NCBI GenBank assembly: GCA_016187395.1
Contig: JACPJV010000009.1
Span: 1 to 63,114 of the forward strand
Direction: 5' to 3'
Length of the DNA: 63,114 nt
From: Candidatus Aenigmatarchaeota archaeon
GTDB lineage: Archaea > Aenigmatarchaeota > Aenigmatarchaeia > GW2011-AR5 > JACRAC01
A program made the position numbers and the translations under genes. Under the pieces are notes generated by a model. That model was not told the origin of the DNA. It ran no database searches and was given only the letters and a program-made list of their open reading frames with translations. Within the stretch, counting starts at the first letter, position 1, and every line of letters starts with the position of its first letter. Positions 7,354-16,489 of the stretch are shown here, piece after piece.

Positions 7354-9525
7354 ATGGCAAAGGATAAAACAGAATTAGTGAAAGAGCTGATGGAACAGCC
7401 GGAGAAGATACGTAATATCGGAATCGCTGCGCACATCGACCATGGAAAAACCACGCTTTCAGACAGCCTGATAGCAGGCGCCGGCATGATTTCAGAGGAG
7501 CTGGCTGGAAAGCAGCTGTTCATGGACTTCACAAAGCAGGAACAGGAACGCGGAATCACTATATGGGCGGCTAATGCAAGCATGGTTCATGATTATGAAA
7601 ATGGGAATTACCTGATAAACCTCATAGACACACCGGGGCATGTGGATTTTTCCGGCGATGTCACCAGGGCAATGAGGGCAGTTGACGGAGTTATAATCCT
7701 TGTTGACGCAGTCGAGAGCGTGATGCCGCAGACAGAAACGGTAATAAGGCAGGCACTGCGCGAGCGCGTTAAGCCAGTCTTGTTTATAAACAAGGTAGAC
7801 AGGCTTATCCGCGAGCTAAAGTTCACGCCAGAGCAGATGCAGAAGCGGTTTGAAAAAATCATCTCTGACGTAAACAGGCTTATCATAAAATATGCAGAGA
7901 AAGAGTTCGCAGAAAAGTGGATAGTGAAGGTGGACGACGGTTCTGTCGCATTCGGGTCAGGCTATCGAAAATGGGCGATATCGGTTCCTGCCATGAAAAA
8001 AATGCAGATAAGCTTCAAGGACATCATAACCTATACGCAGGAAGACAGGGAAAGGGAACTGTCCAAAAAAGCGCCTGTTCACCAGATTTTGCTGAACATG
8101 GTTATCAAGCATTTGCCTAACCCGCTGGATGCGCAGAAATACAGGATTCCAAAGATATGGAAAGGCGATTTAGAATCAGGCATAGGCAAGGATATGCTTT
8201 CCATGAATTCGAAAGGGGTGCTGGCAGGCGTTGTGACCAAGGTATTGCCGGATCCGCATGCAGGAATTGTGGCTACAGCAAGGCTCTTTTCAGGCGCGAT
8301 ATCCCGCGGACAGGAGGTGCGCCTTATAGGACAACACATGACAAGGCGTATACAGCAGGTGGCGATATACAAGGGCCCGCAAAGAGAACAGATGGAAACC
8401 ATATTTGCAGGCAACATAGTGGCAATAACAGGGATACCGGAGGCATATTCAGGAGAGACTATATGCGACCCAAGCATAGAAATGCACCCTTTCGAGGCGA
8501 TAAAGCATATATTCGAGCCTGTAGTCACGAAGAGCGTAGAGCCGAAAAGCCCACAGGACTTGCAAAAGATCATAAATTTCCTGCGCCAGGTTAGCAGGGA
8601 AGACCCGATGCTGGAAATTAACATCAACGAGGAAACAGGCGAGTATCTTGTTTCTGGACTAGGCGAATTGCATATAAACGCAAAGGTAGAAAGGCCGCTT
8701 TCTGAGATGGGCATAGAAATCAAGGTGTCACCACCCATTGTCGTTTACAGGGAGACGGTGGGCGGAAGAGGCCCTGTTGCAGAGGGAGTAAGCTCAAACA
8801 GGCATAACAGGTTCTATCTAAGCGTGGAACCTCTGGAGCCTGCAGTTTTAGAGGCTATAAACGAGGGCAAGATATCAACAGAGAACGTGAAAAAGAACGT
8901 AAAGGAGGTTACAAAGCAGCTCGTAGATTACGGCATGCCGAGGGATGAGGCAAAGAATATAGTCGACATCTACAACAAAAACGTCCTCGTCGATGCAACA
9001 AAAGGAATACAGTACCTTCATGAAACGATTGAGCTTATCACAGAGGCGTTCAGGAACACGGTGAAAAAGGGTCCGCAGTCAAACGAGCCATGCGTTGGGT
9101 TGAAAGTGCTTGTAAATGACGCAAAGCTGCACGAAGATGCGATACACAGAGGACCTGCGCAGGTGCTTCCAGCTGTGAGCGACTCCATCAGGCAGAGCAT
9201 GATGAGGGCAAAGCCCCTGATACTTGAACCTATCCAGGTAATACGCATAGACGTGCCTGAGGAGATCATGGGCGCAGCTATTTCGCAGGTGCAGAACAGG
9301 AGGGGGCAGGTTATTAACATGGAAACAGACCTGGGAACTTCCATGATAACTGCAAAGATGCCTGTTTCAGAAATGTTCGGGTTTGAGGCGCAATTAAAAA
9401 GCGCAACAGGCGGAAAAGGATTCTACTCGCTGATAGACGTGAAGTTTGAAAAGCTGCCGGGAGAGCTGCAACAAAATGTCATAAGCAAAATCAGGCAGAG
9501 GAAAGGACTGGCAGAGGGGCAGTAG
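7354..9525 (+). CDS. fusA: translation elongation factor aEF-2
   Basis: AHIDHGKTTLSD G1 motif, DTPGH, NKVDR, and the diphthamide-region HEDAIHRGPAQ. 723 aa. Confidence 0.97.
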   Translation: MAKDKTELVKELMEQPEKIRNIGIAAHIDHGKTTLSDSLIAGAGMISEELAGKQLFMDFTKQEQERGITIWAANASMVHDYENGNYLINLIDTPGHVDFSGDVTRAMRAVDGVIILVDAVESVMPQTETVIRQALRERVKPVLFINKVDRLIRELKFTPEQMQKRFEKIISDVNRLIIKYAEKEFAEKWIVKVDDGSVAFGSGYRKWAISVPAMKKMQISFKDIITYTQEDRERELSKKAPVHQILLNMVIKHLPNPLDAQKYRIPKIWKGDLESGIGKDMLSMNSKGVLAGVVTKVLPDPHAGIVATARLFSGAISRGQEVRLIGQHMTRRIQQVAIYKGPQREQMETIFAGNIVAITGIPEAYSGETICDPSIEMHPFEAIKHIFEPVVTKSVEPKSPQDLQKIINFLRQVSREDPMLEININEETGEYLVSGLGELHINAKVERPLSEMGIEIKVSPPIVVYRETVGGRGPVAEGVSSNRHNRFYLSVEPLEPAVLEAINEGKISTENVKKNVKEVTKQLVDYGMPRDEAKNIVDIYNKNVLVDATKGIQYLHETIELITEAFRNTVKKGPQSNEPCVGLKVLVNDAKLHEDAIHRGPAQVLPAVSDSIRQSMMRAKPLILEPIQVIRIDVPEEIMGAAISQVQNRRGQVINMETDLGTSMITAKMPVSEMFGFEAQLKSATGGKGFYSLIDVKFEKLPGELQQNVISKIRQRKGLAEGQ
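9487..9525 (+). repeat. direct repeat copy 1 (authentic aEF-2 3' end)
   Basis: The last 12 codons plus stop (KIRQRKGLAEGQ*) recur at 10060-10098 with 34/39 identity. Confidence 0.9.
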
Positions 9526-9568
9526 AAGTGCGAAGGATAAACACCGAAGAAGTGAACCGGTGATTTTC

Positions 9569-9823
9569 ATGCCTTACGAAATTATCGTGAAAGAGCCTGC
9601 AGAAAGGAAGCTGAGAAAATTCCCGAAGGATATACAGCGCAGATTTGCAAAACGCGCGGAAAAGCTGGCGGAAAACCCGCATTCATTCGGCAAGCCTTTG
9701 AGGAATGTTCTGGCAGGCTATTGGGAAGATTACTTCGAAAGAAGATTCCGCATAATTTATACTATTGACGAAAATTCAAAAACTATTACTATAGAAGCCA
9801 TAAAGCACAAGGATGAATTCTAG
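9569..9823 (+). CDS. RelE/ParE-family toxin
   Basis: AERKLRKFPKDIQRRFAKRAEKLAENP...RFRIIYTIDENSKTITIEAIKHKDEF. GGTGA lies before ATG 9569. The track start is GTG 9560. Confidence 0.7.
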   Translation: MPYEIIVKEPAERKLRKFPKDIQRRFAKRAEKLAENPHSFGKPLRNVLAGYWEDYFERRFRIIYTIDENSKTITIEAIKHKDEF

Positions 9824-10005
9824 AGCCCGAGCTCTTTCCTCACTTCTTTCCAAGGTCTGCCCTTGGAAGTTTTGGATTCCTTGATTTGTTCCATAAGTTC
9901 CTTATCACCCAGAATTTCTATAGTTCTCTGCATACTCTCGTACTCGTCTTTGGAAATAACAACATAGCTAGTTTCATGCCTACCTTTTTCCATCAGCACA
10001 GACAT
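9820..10005 (-). CDS. Phd/YefM-family antitoxin
   Basis: VVISKDEYESMQRTIEILGDKELMEQIKES is a typical Phd/YefM core. GGTGA SD and a TTTAAAT box lie upstream on the minus strand. Confidence 0.7.
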   Translation of the reverse strand: MSVLMEKGRHETSYVVISKDEYESMQRTIEILGDKELMEQIKESKTSKGRPWKEVRKELGL

Positions 10006-10059
10006 GGCATCACCGAACTAATAAATAGGCAAACTGATTTAAATTGATTTGTATCCCGA

Positions 10060-10098
10060 AAAATCAGGCAGAGGAAGGGGCTGGCAGAAGGACAGTAA
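10060..10098 (+). repeat. direct repeat copy 2 (orphan aEF-2 3' end)
   Basis: Encodes the identical KIRQRKGLAEGQ* peptide. All 5 differences from 9487-9525 are synonymous, including TAG to TAA. Confidence 0.9.
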
Positions 10099-10174
10099 CT
10101 TTAGTATTCTTCGGCATTTAGATATCTTTGAAGGAAAGGCTTAATTTATTGCTGTTTTTGAAGAAAAGCCAACG

Positions 10175-10184
10175 TTTAAATATA
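10175..10184 (+). promoter_or_regulatory. TATA-box candidate for aEF-1alpha
   Basis: TTTAAATATA about 35 nt upstream of ATG 10219. An AGGTG SD lies 6 nt before the ATG. Confidence 0.4.
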
Positions 10185-10218
10185 TTACTATCATACGTTT
10201 GTGAGTGAAGGTGTAAAT

Positions 10219-11484
10219 ATGGCAGCAAAACCTCACATGAACCTTGTGACAATAGGGCACGTAGACCACGGCAAGTCTACACTAGTAGGCAGGCTGCTCT
10301 ACGACAGCGGCAACTTTCCTGAAACAGAATTGAGAAAACTAAAGGAGCTGGCAAAGGAACTTGGAAAGGAAACATTTGAATTTGCATTTATAATGGACCG
10401 TGCAAAGGAAGAAAGAGAGAGAGGAGTCACCATAGACGTAATGCACCAGAGATTTGACACTAAAAGATATTACTTCACGATCATAGACGCGCCCGGCCAC
10501 AGGGACTTTGTCAAGAACATGATTACCGGTGCAAGCCAGGCAGACGGCGCTATCCTGGTCGTGTCTGCAAAGGACGGTGTGCAGGAGCAGACGAAGGAGC
10601 ATATATGGCTATCAAAAATTTTCGGCATAAAGCAGCTTATTGTTGCGCTGTCCAAAATGGACGAGGTAGGATGGGAAGAGGCAAGGTACAAGGAAACCAA
10701 GGAATCTGTGACAAAGCAATTGAAGGGAGCTGGTTTTGATGTAAGCAAGATAAAATGTGTCCCTGTTTCTGCCTATGAAGGAGACAACCTCGTGAAGAAG
10801 AGCGATAACATGAAATGGTACAACGGCCCGACGCTTGTTGAGGCACTGGATGATTTCGAAGTGCCGCCACAACCGGTTGACAAGCCACTAAGACTGCCTA
10901 TTCAGGACGTCTATTCAATCACAGGCGTTGGCACGGTGCCTGTGGGCAGGGTCGAGACTGGAGTTATGAAGGTCGGAGACAAGATAATTTTCATGCCTTC
11001 AAAGGCTCTTGGCGAAGTGAAGACGATAGAGATGCATCACGAGCAGATACAGGAGGCAAGGCCCGGCGACAATGTAGGCTTTTCTGTGAGAGGAGTGGAC
11101 AAGAAGCAGATAAAGCGGGGCGATGTTGTTAGTCACGCTGACAAGCCGGCGAAGGTAGTCAAAGAATTTACAGCACAGATTCTTGTGCTAAATCACCCGA
11201 GCGTGATAAGCAAAGGCTATACGCCCGTATTCCACGCGCACACAGCGCAGGTTGCGTGCACTATAATTGATATCGTAAAGCAGATAGACCCGAAGACAGG
11301 CGCTGCCGTGAAGGAGCATCCGGATTTCATAAAAACAGGCGATGCTGCTATTGTCAAAGTAAAGCCGACAAAGCCTTTTATCATAGAAGCCCAAAAAGAA
11401 TTCCCTGAGATGGCAAAATTTGCAATCCGCGACATGGGACAGACCGTGGCGGCAGGAATATGCCTGGAGACCGTGACAGAATGA
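10219..11484 (+). CDS. tuf: translation elongation factor aEF-1alpha
   Basis: [24 protein letters not shown] and SKMD motifs. The track ORF begins at GTG 10201, but the SD supports ATG 10219. Confidence 0.97.
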   Translation: MAAKPHMNLVTIGHVDHGKSTLVGRLLYDSGNFPETELRKLKELAKELGKETFEFAFIMDRAKEERERGVTIDVMHQRFDTKRYYFTIIDAPGHRDFVKNMITGASQADGAILVVSAKDGVQEQTKEHIWLSKIFGIKQLIVALSKMDEVGWEEARYKETKESVTKQLKGAGFDVSKIKCVPVSAYEGDNLVKKSDNMKWYNGPTLVEALDDFEVPPQPVDKPLRLPIQDVYSITGVGTVPVGRVETGVMKVGDKIIFMPSKALGEVKTIEMHHEQIQEARPGDNVGFSVRGVDKKQIKRGDVVSHADKPAKVVKEFTAQILVLNHPSVISKGYTPVFHAHTAQVACTIIDIVKQIDPKTGAAVKEHPDFIKTGDAAIVKVKPTKPFIIEAQKEFPEMAKFAIRDMGQTVAAGICLETVTE

Positions 11485-11873
11485 GGAATCCTTGCAAGAA
11501 AATGAATTCTTATAATTTTCATTCTAAAATTCCTTATGCCTTCAGGACATCAATACCAGACTGTCCGCAATCTGTTGACGCCACGGCAGATGGCAAATCT
11601 GTTTTTGCGGCTGGAAAGGTCAGATGAGTTCTTAGTAGAGGGTGGCGATAATCCTCCAAGACTGCCCTGCCACGTTTATGTGAAAGGCGCAAATGTCTGC
11701 GTGGGCTATTTAGGGGACGATTCTGCTGAAATCGTTGACAGTCACAGGAGAGATACGCGTGCCCGTAGAAGAAATCTGAGAAGAATTTTCTATTCTGTCT
11801 GAACTTCTGGCAACTGAAAATCGAGGGGCTATTCTACAGCAATCTTTATTTGGAGTTTTTCAAGAGAATATGC

Positions 11874-12809
11874 ATGGCTATTGTGGAAAGCGTCCTGATA
11901 TTCATAGCGGCTTTATTCATATTGGCCAAGGCAAGCAGCTTTGCCGTGAGGCATACGGTGCGATTCTCAAAACTATCCGGCATAAACCAGCTTGCCGTGG
12001 GATTTTTACTACTCGCTATCTCTACTTCATTGCCTGAGATAACTATTACAATTTTATCAACGCTAAGAGGAGAAGGCTTGCTGGGATTAAGCACTGCCGT
12101 CGGCTCGAGCATAGGGGATATGACGCTAATACTCGGAATAGCGGCGTTCTCAGGATTTGTAACGCCAAAAAGAGACAGGTCTGAGGTCGAGTTTGCGCTG
12201 ATTACAGGGGCAGCAGTCGCATTTATAATTCTTATTCTTCGTACAGCCGGGCCGGTTTTTGGAATATTCGGACTGGTTGTATTCTTCGCTTACATGCACT
12301 TCATAGTCAAGGAAGGTATCCCAATAAAAAACAATATTTCAAAGAAGGGATTGAAGACACCTGTAATGATAAAATCTGCAATCTACGCGATAGCATCGGT
12401 TATAGTCGTAGCTATAAGCGCGAATTTTCTGGTAAACAGCGCTGTGGAAATATCCTTGGCAGCAGGCGTTAGTGAAGCTCTGCTCGGCGCAACTGTAATT
12501 GCTTTCGGATCATTTATGCCAGAACTCACCCTCACCGTCGTGGCGATGAGGCACAGGAACGTGGAGCTGGCCCTGGGAAATGCAGCAGGATCTGTGATCA
12601 CCAATGTTGCACTAGTAGGAGGAATAGCCGCCCTGGGCGCATTCACGCTTGACCTTGTGGCGTCTGTGGCAGTATCCTTCCTTATCGTCGGGTGCATGAT
12701 AGGGTATAAGATGATTGATAGAGGCAGGTTCGGGATAATGGAAGGGATATTTCTATGCAGCTTGTATTTCGCTTACCTGATAATAATGATCCTAATCAGC
12801 CAGATTTGA
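11874..12809 (+). CDS. Na+/Ca2+ exchanger (CaCA/YrbG-like) membrane protein
   Basis: Two alpha-repeat-like motifs, GSSIGDMTLILGI and GNAAGSVITNVALVGG, in a polytopic protein. ATG 11874 lies within the track ORF that starts at 11850. Confidence 0.8.
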   Translation: MAIVESVLIFIAALFILAKASSFAVRHTVRFSKLSGINQLAVGFLLLAISTSLPEITITILSTLRGEGLLGLSTAVGSSIGDMTLILGIAAFSGFVTPKRDRSEVEFALITGAAVAFIILILRTAGPVFGIFGLVVFFAYMHFIVKEGIPIKNNISKKGLKTPVMIKSAIYAIASVIVVAISANFLVNSAVEISLAAGVSEALLGATVIAFGSFMPELTLTVVAMRHRNVELALGNAAGSVITNVALVGGIAALGAFTLDLVASVAVSFLIVGCMIGYKMIDRGRFGIMEGIFLCSLYFAYLIIMILISQI

Positions 12810-12867
12810 CGTCAAACAATAAAAGTTTCCGTTCCAAATCTTTATAATAAGCAGGAGAAATCTAATT

Positions 12868-13626
12868 ATGAGATTTTTGCCGGCATTTTTACTTACAGCA
12901 GCGATTGCCTATGCGCATGGAACAGAACAGGGAGAGGCTGATGGCAGCGGCATCGTCTTGACGTCGTTCATAATACTACTTGTTCTTATCGGAATTTCAT
13001 ATACGGGTAAGGAGCACATAAAAGAAAAAGGAAAAATCATTATTTTTTCATTAATAGTACTCTTGGTTATTGCAACTACCGCGTACATAGCGGCAGGAAC
13101 TGTTTTGAAAAATATAGAAAGCGCAACAGGAGGCCCTGTGCACTGGCACGCTGATTTTGAGATATGGACTTGCGGAGAAAAGGTTGACATTGAGGACCCC
13201 ATGGGATTTGAAAACAGGGTCGGCACGCCCGTTTTCCATGAGCACGGCGATGACAGGATTCATGTTGAAGGCACGCTAAGGCAGCTGAACGAGGCGAGCC
13301 TGCACGAGTTTTTCGAAGTGATAGGAGGTGCTCTGGAGGCAGGCAGGATTGCAGTTGCAACAAACGATGGAGTGGAGGAATTTGTGAACGGACAAGCATG
13401 CAACGGTAATCCGGCAAAGGTACAGGTATTTCTCTACAAGACAGAAGGAGAAACATATGCGCAGCAGAAGCTGGAGGATTTTGAAAACTACGTGATTTCT
13501 CCATACCCGAATGTGCCTCCTGGCGATTGCATTATAATTGAATTCAGCGAGGAGAAGGAAGAGACAGACAGAATGTGCGCAAGCTACAGAATTGCAGAGC
13601 AGAATGGAGAAATAAGTGAGGGATGA
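12868..13626 (+). CDS. membrane-anchored protein with His-rich extracytoplasmic domain
   Basis: Signal/TM segments followed by HWHADFEIWTCGE and FHEHGDDRIHVEG. It sits directly upstream of a CcdA/DsbD-like gene. Confidence 0.6.
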   Translation: MRFLPAFLLTAAIAYAHGTEQGEADGSGIVLTSFIILLVLIGISYTGKEHIKEKGKIIIFSLIVLLVIATTAYIAAGTVLKNIESATGGPVHWHADFEIWTCGEKVDIEDPMGFENRVGTPVFHEHGDDRIHVEGTLRQLNEASLHEFFEVIGGALEAGRIAVATNDGVEEFVNGQACNGNPAKVQVFLYKTEGETYAQQKLEDFENYVISPYPNVPPGDCIIIEFSEEKEETDRMCASYRIAEQNGEISEG

Positions 13627-13629
13627 AAA

Positions 13630-14340
13630 ATGGCAGTAGAGGCTTTTTTGCCTTCGATAGGCGTTGTCGCAGTCACGGCACTTATAGATTCCATCAATCC
13701 GTGCGCGATAGGCGTGCTTATTCTGATGTTGTCTGTTCTGTTAGGCGCAAGGCAGAAAACGAAAAAAGTCCTGCAACTGGGATTTGCCTATATATTTGCT
13801 GTTTTTGCCGTATACCTGCTGGCAGGGCTAGGGCTGATATATTTCTTTTCTACGATTCCGCTATACCTGACGGAATATCTGTCAATAACAGTCGGAATAA
13901 TAATCATAGCGGCTGGTTTGCTTGAGATAAAGGATTTCTTCTGGTACGGGCGCGGACTCTCGCTGGCAATTCCACCATCGATGGCTAAGAAATTGCATAT
14001 CTACAGCACGAGGACGACGATAGCAGGGGTGCTCTTTTTAGGGGCATTTGTCTCTGCTGTGGAGCTGCCGTGCACAGGAGCGCCTTATCTTGCGATAATT
14101 ACTCTTCTGTCGCAGTATTTCGACGTAACTGCATTCATGCTTCTGGTGCTTTACAACATTATATTTGTCGCGCCGTTGATAATTATTCTGCTGCTTGTAG
14201 CAGGAGGCAAGAAGTTGCATGAGATCAAGAGATGGAAGCAGAAGAACAGGCCATATATGCGGCTTTTTGCAGGGCTGCTGCTCGTAGCAATGGGATGGCT
14301 GCTGATGATTATTGCAAATGGAACAATAAACTTCGGATAG
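13630..14340 (+). CDS. CcdA/DsbD-family thiol:disulfide transmembrane electron transporter
   Basis: Six-TM protein with the two conserved membrane Cys contexts, SINPCAIGVL and ELPCTGAPYL. Confidence 0.75.
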   Translation: MAVEAFLPSIGVVAVTALIDSINPCAIGVLILMLSVLLGARQKTKKVLQLGFAYIFAVFAVYLLAGLGLIYFFSTIPLYLTEYLSITVGIIIIAAGLLEIKDFFWYGRGLSLAIPPSMAKKLHIYSTRTTIAGVLFLGAFVSAVELPCTGAPYLAIITLLSQYFDVTAFMLLVLYNIIFVAPLIIILLLVAGGKKLHEIKRWKQKNRPYMRLFAGLLLVAMGWLLMIIANGTINFG

Positions 14341-14362
14341 CGAATGGATAGGGGTTGATTGG

Positions 14363-14629
14363 ATGTACGTGATAAAGCGAGGCGGGAAAAAGGAAAGGTT
14401 TGACCAGAGGAAGGTCTATGCATCGTGCTACGCTGCCTGCCTTAGCACTTCAATGAACAAAAGAGATGCGGAAAAGATCTGCGAGAAGGTGGCTGTAGAA
14501 GTAAAAAGGTGGATCAAGAAAAAGAAAGAAGCGACATCAGACCAGATTTTTAAGGAGATTGTTAAAGGAATGAAAAAGCAAGACAGGAACGCGGCATTCA
14601 TGTACGAGACGCACAGGGATGTGTCGTAA
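14363..14629 (+). CDS. stand-alone ATP-cone domain protein
   Basis: MYVIKRGGKKERFDQRKVYASCYAA matches the ATP-cone N-terminal pattern. 88 aa. Confidence 0.65.
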   Translation: MYVIKRGGKKERFDQRKVYASCYAACLSTSMNKRDAEKICEKVAVEVKRWIKKKKEATSDQIFKEIVKGMKKQDRNAAFMYETHRDVS

Positions 14630-14631
14630 AT

Positions 14632-15882
14632 TTACTTCCGGGTGAGCGCGCGTATTAAGTCTCTGTCAGATATTCCCATCGAGGCCAACTTTCTTTTTGC
14701 CTCCTCATAAACCAGTTTTCTTCTTCTCTCAAATTCTTCGTCTATCTTTACCGCCGTAGCGCGTTCAAAGACAGACAGAAGAAGGCTTTCATCAGCAGGC
14801 TCTGGATGAGGATCTGCAAGGGCTGCTTCGAACAGCTTGCAGCATCTTTCTAAAACTCCAACGGCTTCAGGATATTCACTCTTTTTAATTGGATCCGAAC
14901 TCTTGAAGGCTACGTCAAAATATCCTGAGAAGCGCTTTCTGTCGTAATCAAGCCTTCTTTCTGCCATTTCCACGGCATACGCAACCCATAGGGGCATATT
15001 GTAAAGCGCGGATGCAAAAGATCGGGCAGATTCATGGATTTTTCTTTCATCTTCTGATTCCACGGTTGACGTATGATCAACCCTGCTTATTGCGATTTTT
15101 CCACTCCCTACGTGCGCTATTACGTGGTTTTGCCCAAGAAACGAATCCGGATGCATGACCAGTCTGGAGTCAGCAAGAGCTCTGCATTCAAATGCATGCC
15201 ATTGCAAAAGCGACTCGTAAAGTCTGCAAATACATTCTTTTATTTCTCTTAGCTCTTCCGGAGATGCGTGCTGCAGGTGCCTGCGCATCAGAACTTCAAA
15301 CTCATCCTGCCTGAGGTCACTCTCAATATCCGGCAGCTGAAGCACTTCGGAGTATAAAGGCTCGTTTTGCCATGTCAGAAACGGATATTCTATTGCGCCT
15401 GCGAACCTGCATGGCGAGGCCAATCCTAATTTCGAGTAGGCTTCTCCTAAAATTTCAAATGCCCTGCGGGAATTCCGAATATTTTCACGGGTAAGAAAAT
15501 TCCACGGCCTTCCATCCCTGTATCCAGGAAACGGAACGCAGAGCAGTTTGGAATGCAAAAGCCGCTCAACTGCCTGCGCATCCGGCACAGACTCTGCAGA
15601 ATGATCAACGTCCCGTATGATATTTTTTTCTGAGGCTGAGACTGTCCGTGTTATCACTCCTTTGGGATCTGCCCCTTTGATTCTATAAACTTCGCCATTT
15701 TCTTCTGTCAAAATCCCTCTTCCGCCGGAATTGTAGCAGTTCATATCTCCGTCTTCTGATGCAAAAAGAGGGAGCCTTTCAGATAGCCACGGGGGCATTT
15801 CTCCGGTTGTAGCATGCGGAGTAGCGTAGGTTTTCACAGGGACCTCTACCCGCACACTTTCCAGTATGCTTTTGTATGCCAT
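14632..15882 (-). CDS. hypothetical protein, possibly protein-kinase/APH-like fold
   Basis: HPDSFLGQNHVI (H-x-D..N) and ISRVDHTS (DxG-like) are spaced as in kinase-like catalytic loops. ATG 15882 sits ~23 nt downstream of a TTTAATAATTA box. The track ORF extends to 15918. Confidence 0.5.
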   Translation of the reverse strand: MAYKSILESVRVEVPVKTYATPHATTGEMPPWLSERLPLFASEDGDMNCYNSGGRGILTEENGEVYRIKGADPKGVITRTVSASEKNIIRDVDHSAESVPDAQAVERLLHSKLLCVPFPGYRDGRPWNFLTRENIRNSRRAFEILGEAYSKLGLASPCRFAGAIEYPFLTWQNEPLYSEVLQLPDIESDLRQDEFEVLMRRHLQHASPEELREIKECICRLYESLLQWHAFECRALADSRLVMHPDSFLGQNHVIAHVGSGKIAISRVDHTSTVESEDERKIHESARSFASALYNMPLWVAYAVEMAERRLDYDRKRFSGYFDVAFKSSDPIKKSEYPEAVGVLERCCKLFEAALADPHPEPADESLLLSVFERATAVKIDEEFERRRKLVYEEAKRKLASMGISDRDLIRALTRK

Positions 15883-15914
15883 AGAGTAAGGCCGGAGAAT
15901 AATTATTAAAGCAT

Positions 15915-15941
15915 TCATCCAGTCAGTTCAATTTCGATATC
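15915..15941 (-). repeat. orphan copy of the uS10 gene 3' end
   Basis: On the minus strand it encodes DIEIELTG*, versus NIEIELTG* at the real rps10 end (16490-16516). 22 of the first 26 nt are identical. Confidence 0.75.
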
Positions 15942-16458
15942 AGTCCAGAGTTCTGCGAGTTCCCCAGTATTTGCGCCATTTGTCAAGCAAATAGCCGTAG
16001 AGCCTTGCCGTTCCTCCGCCCAGCAGAAGTCCTGTGGGCAAAGCCACAGCCATTTCCTTCCATGATGCGCCTGAATAGTACAATATTGCTGAATATGTAG
16101 GTATCTGAAATGACAGCATGGCAGATGTGTCCACAAAGCGCTTTTTTGCGCGGCTGCTGTCCATGTCAGCTTTCCATAATCCTGCATACCAGTGCCTGTA
16201 CACGCCGTAAAGCCTGGCAACTGTAAGGTGAAACAAAACACTCCCTACCCTTGACTTCAGGACTTCTTCCGGTTCCATGCCCGCCCAGAAGTATTCCATT
16301 GATCCCAGCAATGGCGTGTAGAACATCAAAGAGCATGAGGTATCAACGAGGTAGTTTTTAAAACCATTCCACATTCTTCGGCTTCTTCTTATTCCGTACA
16401 ATTCATCAAGCAACTCAGGGCTTTGGACAGGATTTGCGTCATCTGCTTCTTTGTTCAT
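15940..16458 (-). CDS. alaE: AlaE-like L-alanine exporter family membrane protein
   Basis: VDTSCSLMFYTP..GME.E...SR...LYGVYRHW and FQIPTYSAILYYSGASW...YGYLLDKWRK align, from memory, with E. coli AlaE (ADTFAMVVY..GMSFEQ..SR..YGMYRD; FQSPVYVAILLVVGADW..YGYFLDYCRR). Confidence 0.7.
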   Translation of the reverse strand: MNKEADDANPVQSPELLDELYGIRRSRRMWNGFKNYLVDTSCSLMFYTPLLGSMEYFWAGMEPEEVLKSRVGSVLFHLTVARLYGVYRHWYAGLWKADMDSSRAKKRFVDTSAMLSFQIPTYSAILYYSGASWKEMAVALPTGLLLGGGTARLYGYLLDKWRKYWGTRRTLD

Positions 16459-16489
16459 GACTATAGAATTCAGCAGAAAAAGCCTTAAA

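Larger units (their letters stand above)
9526..10059. mobile_element. 534-bp inserted TA cassette bounded by duplicated aEF-2 3' end
   Basis: Lies between the two repeat copies and separates the normally adjacent fusA and tuf genes. It carries only RelE-like and Phd-like genes and no integrase. Confidence 0.45.

Noticed and set aside
8079-8738. 219-aa minus-strand ORF, and other 60-145-aa ORFs, inside aEF-2
   Set aside because: These are shadow frames of a highly conserved gene, with no start signals or motifs.
9487-10098. Casposon or classical integrative element at the aEF-2 3' end
   Set aside because: There is no Cas1, polymerase or integrase, and I could find no terminal inverted repeats. 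The insert is only 534 bp. At most it is a remnant or a different, trans-mobilised cassette type.
11536-11802. 88-aa ORF in the spacer after tuf
   Set aside because: No SD or TATA box is at a suitable distance, the C-terminus is an Arg-rich tail, and no motif is present. I kept it only as part of the unexplained spacer noted in the tuf-rps10 finding.
15915-16241. 108-aa minus-strand ORF ending in ..IEIELTG
   Set aside because: It overlaps the AlaE-like gene out of frame. Its uS10-like C-terminus is explained by the orphan rps10 3'-end copy, not by a real gene.
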